A stretch of 64,000 bases of DNA from Klebsormidium nitens (Eukaryota; Plantae; Klebsormidiophyceae), in contig DF237102.1 of assembly GCA_000708835.1 (NCBI GenBank), positions 62,001-126,000 of the forward strand, written 5' to 3'. Shown piece after piece: positions 1 through 9,500 of this stretch; position 1 is the first letter of the stretch; the number at the start of each line of letters is the position of its first letter. A model generated the notes under the pieces. The model saw nothing but the letters and a program-made list of their open reading frames with translations, had not been told where the DNA came from and ran no database searches. The translations under genes were made by a program, and so were the position numbers.

Positions 1-1099
1 GATATTAGTTTTGACAGGGTGCTGTTGCCAGTTTGTAACATTTAATTGCTTCAGGTTGTCAGTATGCTTCCTTCATGAGCTGAAACAACAGCATTCCTGT
101 AACACCTGTTATAGTCACGCAGTGCTGTATTTCTTTGCACCATTGTTCAAGGGCCAGCAAATCCTGTGTCACACCATAAAAATGATCGTTGCCTTGCTGG
201 AACGCTATGCCTCCCCATGAAGTGCTGACCCAAAGATTTCAGTTTCAGGATGTGATTGATCCAATAACAAAGAGTTCCTTGGGGGGAAGAAGTCTTGACT
301 GGTCTTTTGGAGGCCAGCTCAATCTGGGAGCTAGCGGTCAGAAGGGCCTGGACCCATAAACCCTGCCAATCTGCCAAGATGAACAGAGTCTGTGTCCTTT
401 GGCCGCACAAGAGCGTGCCTTGCACTGGGGATGCTTCCTGGCGCTTAGTTGGTGCGTCTCACAGGTCTTTTAATCGGTGAATCAGGAGCTCCCTTATGAA
501 TAAACAGTGGGCAGAATCTGGGGGGGTTCAGAAAGCTGCTTTCAGAGACGACTCGTGCGCAGTCAACGAGACAATGAGGACTTTTTTCCCTTTAATTCTG
601 TAGCATTTCTTGCCTCCTACAGCTGTTGAGGAGTTCCAAGCATTCACAATAATCTGCAGAGCTTCTTTTTCCCTTCTTGGTCGAGTTTTGAAGGTGTCGC
701 AAGCAGTACCGCAAAATGCATGCAGGAGTAATCAGGGCCATGTCACATCTCAATGGTCTACAAAGAGTGTACGAGCAGCTTCCTCCCTTTGAATAGACTG
801 CTCTTACTACTAGTCTCATGCAAATCACCTGGATTCATGCTTGTCCAGTAGGGTTTGAACCAGACCCCCGAGCTCAACCTGAGATCAGTCTCAAGCTTTT
901 GGCCTTCCTCGATACATCCAGCAGAACCCGACTGATTCACCACTTTGGGCACCATGTTTTCAAAAATGCTGGCTCTGTAAAAGATCACGAACCGCAGTAA
1001 TTCCAATCTGCCCTTTCTCTACGCGTTGGCTGGCTTTGAAAGGCATGACCCCTCAACTGTATCACAAAACTTCTTTTGCAGGCAGCCATTCCGGCGACC

Positions 1100-1825
1100 A
1101 TGGCGACCCAGCTCCAGTTTGCCCAGGTCGCCACGCACAAGCTCGTTCTCGGGTTCCACCAACAGGGCGCGGGCGATCGGTGCGCGATCGCCAGGTTTGA
1201 CAACCGGTACTCTCTGGTGCAGTCCTTCACGGGTTCCGAGGAGAGAGTCCACGCGTCGCTGGCAACCCTAGACGCCAACGGCGGCACGCGCTTCCGCGAC
1301 TCGATCTGCGACTTCGTGGACTACTTCCGGACGTCCGGGCGGCGCGACCGCCCGTGGCTCATCATCGTCATCACGGACGGGGACGACAACGGGAGCACGC
1401 GGTCCGTTTTCAACGCCGGGCAGTACCTCTTGTCCCGCTTCAACCACGAGCAGAATAATTTTATGTTTACCATCGGGGTCGGTGATGACGTGGATAACCG
1501 GGCGCTTGAGGCGCTGGCAAAGCAGGGCGGGTACAACCACGTCGGGCTCGAGTCGTTCGAGCTGTTGGAGGCGCTGTTCCAAATCATCGCGGCGCAGGTG
1601 GTGCAGTCAATCACGGGGGTGGTGGGGCAAATTGACGGGAAGACGTTCAGTCTGGTTGGAGCAGAGGAGACGCTAGTCCGGCAGGGCATCGACTACGGCT
1701 TCCTCATTGACTGCTCTGGTTCGATGGGTTCGATCGTGGGTCGCTCTAGACAGTCAGTGCGGCCACAGCCGCTGCTGATGGCCCCGCCGCCAGCTCAGCA
1801 GCCAGCCTGCTGTTCAATCCTGTAG
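1100..1825 (+). CDS. Intronless von Willebrand factor A (vWA) domain protein with permuted motif order and a C-terminal CaaX motif
   Basis: ATG at 1100 within ORF 1076..1825. vWA elements are present: DRCAIARFD (beta2), GGTRFRDSI (MIDAS Thr), LIIVITDGDDN (MIDAS Asp) and MFTIGVG. The DxSxS strand YGFLIDCSGSM is near the C-terminus, and the protein ends ACCSIL*. A strong acceptor (ttcttttgcag, 1081) lies just upstream, so a 5' exon (UTR or coding) exists. Confidence 0.85.
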   Translation: MATQLQFAQVATHKLVLGFHQQGAGDRCAIARFDNRYSLVQSFTGSEERVHASLATLDANGGTRFRDSICDFVDYFRTSGRRDRPWLIIVITDGDDNGSTRSVFNAGQYLLSRFNHEQNNFMFTIGVGDDVDNRALEALAKQGGYNHVGLESFELLEALFQIIAAQVVQSITGVVGQIDGKTFSLVGAEETLVRQGIDYGFLIDCSGSMGSIVGRSRQSVRPQPLLMAPPPAQQPACCSIL

Positions 1826-3537
1826 TAAGAGCCTCGTGAAGAGCAAAGCCTTTGTGACGCTTAAGTCTGCAGTGCTGCAATATAAGGAGATATCGACATA
1901 AATTCTGGTCAGTCTTTTGAGTTGGGAGGCAGCGTCCACGCAAACATGTATATGTAACTTGTTTAGAATCAAGCCAGGTTGATCGGCCTGTGGTCTACAT
2001 TGGAAAGTCTACAGGGGCGATTGCTTGCATCCTAAATTTAGGCTTCTAAGGACCTAGGACGGGTGCGGCCGACTTCGGTTGCTTCCATTGCTGAACGGGC
2101 ACTGTTCGAGAGTGATTTCGGACGCGTGCTTTCATTGTATACTGTCTGAATCAACCTGATAATATCCACAATCTTTGAATCCATTCCCAGAATATGCGCT
2201 CTACCATACGATGGGAAAGAACAGGCAGCGCGGCGGCTTTAGTAAATGATGCACATGTTCTCACCAGTCCGAGCTGAGTCCTATACTCGAACAGTGTTCG
2301 TCGAGTGACGACGGTCTAGATACGACTGGGAAGCACACCACTTATCCAAGCTTCAGCTTATAATATTGCTCAATCAAGTGAGGAGGATGACGCATCCGAC
2401 GCCGTGTGCATCCTTTGGCTTGATGCGGTTGTTGATGAGCTCAGGGCATACATTTGGTCACAAGGGACTACGTTCTCGACGCGCTCAGCCGAATAGTGTT
2501 ACATGTACAGAAGGTGGAGCTGCGCAGTGCTTCGAGGGTATACAACGCAAGTAAACGGTTGGAAATCACCTCGAAGGGTCACTTCGTGCGTGTCTCAAGA
2601 TCGTTCGAACACCGTTGTTGCAACTGATGCAGCTTGGACGGTTGCCAGACTGCAGGCTCAACTAAAATACAATTCGCGGTGAAGCTGTGCCAGTACGTAA
2701 TGGAGCGCTGCGGCCCACCTCTTCACGGCTCATGGCGATCGTTGATGCGTGAATCGTCACCAACATTGAACGAACTCCGTCATTCAAATTATTGTAGTTG
2801 CGGTAGTTCGCAGCCTACCGTGGTATGTTAGAAACTTTGGTAGAACATTTGAGTCGTCAACTTTGGCATGGTCGCAACAACCATGATCCTATCTTGGCAA
2901 TGCACATGTAGGAATCGGAGCATAGATTGATGGCGCGCTCATATATCGGATCGAGCTCCAATGCACGGCAGATCGAACGCATCAGCGCATGTATTTGACC
3001 AATGATCAGCTTGCTAGATCTTCTCGGCCGCGGCCTTCGTCTGAAATCATGTGCAGGACTACCCATGTTTTACAAGCGTGGCGCAGCGTCGTCCTCGATC
3101 TTTTGAAGAGACGATGGTGAATAAAACCGACTTAGAACCTTGGCAAATTTAGCCTAAACTGTCGATAATGAGACTATTCAAAGAAAATAGTCTTTAACAT
3201 GCATGATAAACAATATGGGCAGGCTAAGTGCACTGTAGATCTTCGTCCTCTGGATTTCAACAAAAAGTTGACACTGCGACTTCCACGTTCGGCCGAGTCT
3301 TAGCTGCAGAAAGTCGGACTCGCTTATATGATGCGCGGGCTAAGTTGGACTCAGGGTGGGGCCCTCTGTTCTGCACGAAACGTTACCCAGTTCTAAGTTT
3401 TCTCGTCCGCTTGCTGACCCCTTCGAGTATGTACGGATAGGCCTGGAACTTTCACAAACAAACTGCTACGCTCAGATTGAGGTATAATGATTGAATCAAA
3501 CCCGCTACGCTTATATAGCTGTCATCTCACTATGTAC

Positions 3538-5995
3538 TCATTGCTGTTGAAGAGCGCGGGCTCTCCTTCCTGCGTCGTTTGCTTCTTTGGAAGTCCGCCT
3601 TGTGCACTCAAGGATGGTCTTCTCAGACACAACAAAGTATGCACCCACCATGCCTACAACAAGCAAGACAAATGCTTCGCACTCATTTCGGCCTTTATAA
3701 GAATCTCTGATCGTCAATCTTCCATTCGGTTTGGACCAGCTTTTCAAACTTTCTCTCAAGCAGTCGAGCATACAATGATGAGGGAAAGTCACCACAAGCG
3801 CAATCCTCCGACGGTATTTGAACTGCCGCACCATCGCAAATCGTGCTTCAAAATTATTCCACACAGAGAATATTGCCAGCGAACGCCTCTGGGAGCCAGG
3901 CCTTCAAATCGAGAAAGAAAACCAACATCGAAATGCACTAAGCAAGCGGAGCCAAGGACGCAACGCGAATAGTATCCTGCACTTTTCGTCAAACCTGTCT
4001 GGGCTGAAGAGTCGGAATCTGGCGCGAGTCACGAGAACTCCGAAGTTTTTGATGCACGGATCTGGTCGGTGAGAATTGGAGACTTCAATATGGTACACAC
4101 TACTACTTGGGGTTTGACCCGGCCAAATTAGTACCCAACATCGATTTGGAAATTGTGTCACACCCAATCTTCCGAATGCCGACCGACAGGTTCAGAGAAG
4201 TCCACCACCTCTTCAACGAGAGTGGAGGATATTGTGGAAGGGCCCCTTGTGACTGAGTTTTCTTGCTCACTTCCGAAGCAGCTCTGCAATCGAGTGGATT
4301 GAAGCCAACATAGCCAACACAACAAGATCGAAAAACGCTTTGATGATTCGCTGACACATTTGGCTCCCTCTGGCTCCCTCTACTGGTGAAAGAACATTGC
4401 CCAGACTCAATGAGTATGTATCATAGGCCAGAGAAGGGTTGATGCGCTGCGCACCATCATGAGAAGGTTTCGGAGCGCTGATCCACTCGAACGGTTAGAT
4501 TAGCTCCAAGTACTTTGAACATGATCGTTGTATCAAAAGGTGCGTAACTATCGCTGTTTCGAGCAAGAACACCAAGTATTGAACAAGCTCCTGAGAAACG
4601 CATGCTGAGGCTGGGAAGCAGTCACACTCCCGTACACACCATTGTTCCCATCATATCTTGACAAACACGAATTGGAGAAAGTCGGACGATTGGCCCTGCC
4701 TTTATTGAGCTTCTGTAACCGTGACATACAACCTCTTCCGAACATATTTCAAACACCGAGGTTGAGGTTATCATATCGCTGTGTCAGAGCCAGCATGGAC
4801 ACCATACTTGGCCATCGAAGTCCAAGCATTATGATGCTTCGACAGTTTGGTACTCAGATGGAAGTTTCCGTTCAGGCATTCTTCCCTTTGTTTCAGGAGT
4901 TTGTCCCGGCGATTAAACATTCAATTGATTGCTAGCGGAAGAGCAGTCTCAAGATTTGTTACAGAATGACCTTAGTCTAGCCCCATCATCCAGAGAGTAA
5001 ACAAAGCTGCTGAAGCTAAGCTGAGAAGCTCAGCAACTCAATGGTATCTTACCTGCACAGGGGATAAGAGCTCTGCCGGTGTAGTTGAAGTTATGTGCGA
5101 ACCAGGGGGAGAAGCGGACCGCTGCCAACGTGCCTGCTAGGGCCAAGCCCCCCCAAAGTGCTGCAGCTTCCAGACCCTTGTAGACGCCAGCTGCAGCAGT
5201 CGACAAGAAGGTTGGAACGAGAGAGTTGTCTGCAGATTCTTTTGCAGGAAGTAGTAAGGGATTGTGTCAAATAGAATGCTGCTGGATCCTGTCCAGTAGC
5301 AATGTCTTGCTGATCCAGAGGAAGACGTGGCTGAGAGACCAGATGAGGGGTCTTGTGGTATACTCGGGCGTTAGCCCCCTTTTTCAGGGATTTGACGACC
5401 AACATTTCCATAGGGAAACTGATGTGCATTCCTTTTCTGATACAAATAACGCACAATTGAGAGTGAGACGAGACAATCCGTCTCAAATTACTGTAGACGA
5501 CCCCACACGGGTGGATTGCCTTGCATGAATCTGGCAATTGACTCTCGATAAGCATGAACCTGGCGGCAACGCAATGCTGCCGGTGGCTGCATTTGCAATC
5601 TGATAGCAGGCACTCTAGACAGCCCCTTCAAGACATGAGTACTAGGGTACAGGACAGCCAACCTTCTGTTGAAGTAATTGCAGCCCCAGCGACCAATTTC
5701 TGCATGCATCTCATGCAAGCCACCTTTGCAGACGTCTTCTGAACATATACTTTGAGGCAGACAACAACAAGCACGCGAATAATCTGAATAATTGCATTCA
5801 GAAACACTCTGGCTGGGCTGGACCCTCACCATCTGTACACTGCTTCACCCTCTGCTTCTTCTCCTCCGCCTCGGACAATCCATTCCTCTCCACAACCTGA
5901 GGAATGAACTGCCCCGATCGCTGCAAAGTTGCTGCATGCGTGCCAGCAGACCGCGCTGCCTCTTGGCGTTCTAAGAATTCCGACCAAAGCCCCAT
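3538..5995 (-). CDS. ENOD93: Early nodulin-93 (ENOD93)-like small membrane protein, 3 exons, ~139 aa
   Basis: Exons 5995-5830, 5190-5053 and 3653-3538 join in phase with GT-AG ends. Product: ...EEKKQRVKQCTDAGVYKGLEAAALWGGLALAGTLAAVRFSPWFAHNFNYTGRALIPCAGMVGAYFVVSEKTILECTRRT.... This matches the recalled ENOD93 pattern (EGxxAGxKAA; TLAxVRxxPWAxxNLNxTxxALI; AYFIVADKTIL). The start codon is less certain. Confidence 0.85.
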
Positions 5996-6595
5996 GCTGT
6001 CTCCCAGGAATGTGGTGCCCTATGCCAGTAAGTTACAGAATGCTGCTGTGAGCACCTTGCGAAGCGTGAACCAGCGCCTTTCACCTCGAAAATCAGCTTC
6101 TAGCATCGCTTGCATGCAGCTTCTTCTTCTCAGCTAAGGGAGTTGATCCCCGGGGCCACGTTTAACCGAACGGCTGTACCCGCGGAACCGTTTCTCGACT
6201 CCGGCGATCAACCAGTCATGATAGCAATCCTGAGGCTCGAGCAAGCAAGTTGAACCGTCTGACGAGGTGTGAACCGGCACTAAGGACTGATCGGTACAAG
6301 TAGAGTTGCAGAGAAACTTTGCAGTTCACAAGACAGCGCATTTTGCCATTGGCGCGCAGCTAGCTAGCAGCTCGCACTTGGCGCCACTCCAAATGGGGCT
6401 AGCAGTGGCACTGCTTGATCACAATCTGCTCAAGCATTTTACTTTATTTTGAAAGTTGTGCTGGAACGGCAAAACGCAACAAGAGGAGCTCCTGCTTTGA
6501 GTGCGGGTATTACACGTTTCGTCGACAGCCTAGAGAAGCTGAAAATTCCGAGCTACAGGCAGTGCCATGGTAGGGCGGGTCTTTGAGCAATTGAA

Positions 6596-9500
6596 ATGCG
6601 GTCCAATCTGCTGAAGCGGGTGGTGGCGCTGCAACCAAGCCCCAAAATGCTGCAAAGCACTCTCAAAAGTTTTCAAAACGATTGCATTCATGTAATTCCC
6701 CCAGCCGATGCAGTACCCTCCTTGTCCTATGCTCAACCTCTTCTCGCTGGCTGTACTGAAAAATTACATTCCGTTTCCTGTAAGAGCTTCCCTGTTGATC
6801 TGCAACAACACAAGCCAGCTCATAGGGCACAATGCGCAGGTGCAGGTCCTCTTACAACTTTTCAAGCTTGTGTCACTGAGCGGACAGCTTTTGCCCAGAG
6901 CAATGTGGGGCCCGGAAGCTGGCAGAGAAATCATAAGCAGTGGTTAAATGTATCACCACGAAGATTGAATCACTTCTGTCGAAGCTTCACTCGTTTTCCA
7001 GCAGCTACAAAACGTGGGAGCTTATTGGAGGCTCTTGAGGCAGAGAGCAATCTTTCTGACCAGTTCAAAATTCTGACAGTTGCTAGGGGAGGTGAAGCAT
7101 GGTCAGATCCATCTGAAGATAGTGGAGCACAAACACTGCGAGCTGGCAGCTGGAAGGCATTGACCCTTGGCGCCTGGGAGGAGCATTTGTTGTACTATCG
7201 CTCTTTCTATGATCTTTTTGTCCAGCATGCTGCTCGAGCCTCAGAGTCTTTGTGGGGGCGTGGAGAAGGGCCCTTCTCGGATCTAGAGGTGAGATAGATT
7301 GGTCACTTTAAGCTTAGATGGAGAAGACGATATCGCTGCAAAGCAGCTCTGACGGGATCCAGTTGCGATGAAGAGAGGACTGCCAAAGCTAAGCCCAGCT
7401 TGACCTTGCAGATTGAGCAAACCTTAGAGCATTCAAGCATAGGGCTTAGCTGCTCTGAAGGAGCCCAATGAAAGCACCTGAGATTTGTGTAACAAGTGCC
7501 TCTCATGCCAATACTTTTGGAGAACTTCTTGAATCGACGAGTTAGAGTAGTAGGCAATCTATCCACGTGTCTCTGCGCGTTTCATCAGATATGAGGTTAC
7601 ACTCAACCAGCTTTCGGTAGCACTGGTTGCTGGTCTGAGGATCCTAATTGTCAACCATACAAGTAGATGTTATCCAGTCTTTATCAACAGAAACGCACTG
7701 TCACCAACTCAATTGGCAGCTGATGTCACCCTGCGAATCAACAGTCATGATCTCCTCCTCTCCTCTGCAGGGAGGTCTTTCCTGGTTGTCTCCTGACCTT
7801 GGCACCCGTGCCCAGACGCTTCGTCAGAGCCGCGGCGGGACAAAACTCTTTGGATTCATGATGTGCTTTCCGGACTCTCCGGACTCATTTAAAGCAGTGT
7901 CAGATCTGATGCTGTCCGTGTTTCTGGTGGACGACTGGATCGAGCAGCAAGGCCCCGACGAAGCGGAGCAACTGGCTGAATGGTGGAGGACGATAGCTAT
8001 CCAGAGGTGCGACTCATTCCGGACTGAGCCCAAGCCTCTTTATGGTCTTCAGAATCCCTTGTCGATTGTAGCACCTTTCGAACTTTGCGACATAAGTTTT
8101 CAAGATCTGACTTCGATCTGACGTTCCTCAAAAGTCGCTTCCGGTTCCTCTCTTTCGTTTCCTCCTTTGGATCAATATCATACGCGCTCAGTGCTTTGTC
8201 TCAAGGTAGATTCGCCCGTTCGGTTCTGAAGTTCTGAGAATCGAGATGAGAAATATCACGTACATTCCGAAGCGGGAGACCTTTGTAGAAATGTGGCTGA
8301 AAAGTCGTTCTAAGATGGCGCTCACGGCTAGGGAGTCGCCAAGAATGTCGGCTTACAATCTCCAGCACCAGAGCTGTAGGAAACAAATGAAGGTTAAGCG
8401 AGGCGATCCTGACATTCACTGCCTCCGCAAAAGGCGTCACTCGACGATCGTGCGGAGCGCCTTCTCGAAGAGCTTTATCTCCGAAAAGGCTGGCCCCTTC
8501 CGCAAGTGAAAAAGTATCCACAAACTTCACAAAATGCTTCTCGACTTCGACCTGCAGTGTAACGTCCGCGTTTTTGCTTGCAACAAAGTTTACGATGCCA
8601 TGCATACTGCGAACGGGCTTTTCGCCTCTGCACGAATCTTTCCATCGGCCAAATTTCGATGGCGGAAAACATATGCAGACTCACTTCTTCACCGAAAGCA
8701 CTAAACACCTTTCCCTTCCGCTATTCTCAAACCGCTTCTTGCAAAAGTTGCCACGCAAACCCTCGAAGGCAGAGCTTTCCATCCGATTTGTCCGCTGGCC
8801 TGCCCTCAAAGGGCTCTAACTTACTCGCGCTCAGTAAAGATCCCTCTGGTCTTCAACCAGCTTACGATCAGAATAACGACTCCCTGGGTTCCCAAGACTG
8901 GCAGCCTTCAATCGTCTTTCACAAAGCGCGCCTCCCAGTGACACGTGGCAGCTCTTCATTTGCAGCGACGCCGGCGTGGCTTTTGACGCCCAGCGGGCGT
9001 TCGAAGCTCTGCCTCCGTCTCTACTTGCTGACGCCAGCATGCGAAAAGCGGGCGAGCTGTGCTGCTCTGCGCTGACGTACTTTCTCGCGCGTGCTGCGCG
9101 AGTGGACCCCGCATGGTTCGGGCGGTTTGCATGGGCCATTCACGAGTACGCTAAGGTGAGACGTCTCGCTCCCTTCCCGTTCTTCCGTCCCTTTCCCTCT
9201 GCCTCCGTCCTTCCTTTTTCTCTCGCTGTTATTGTTCCTTTCCAAAGTTAACGTTCTTCGTTGCGTCAATCCCTAATGTTCGCTTTTCTGACAATTGCTC
9301 GTTGCTTTACTTTCGATGGTGCTCTTGAAGTCTTTGTCTCCAATATCCACACTCGAGTGTCGGTGTCCACTTAGCCACAGAGCCGTGGTGATTGGCGGGA
9401 ATGTAGACGGCCTCACTCCGAGGCATACCTAGTCCAGTTCCACAAATGAACCACGGTATTCTGCCAGAGCGCTTGCACCATGCCTGTTGATGTTCTTTTC

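Noticed and set aside
818-1000. Upstream ORF with LLAFLDTSSR as a possible source of the missing N-terminal MIDAS strand
   Set aside because: The motif is DxSxR, not DxSxS. The only nearby donor (ca|gtaatt, ~996) joins the 1081 or 1085 acceptors out of frame with the vWA ORF.
5488-5745. Minus-strand ORF EDVCKGGLHEM... as an ENOD93 exon
   Set aside because: It ends in a stop and has no family similarity. Skipping it gives the expected CTDAGVYKG junction.
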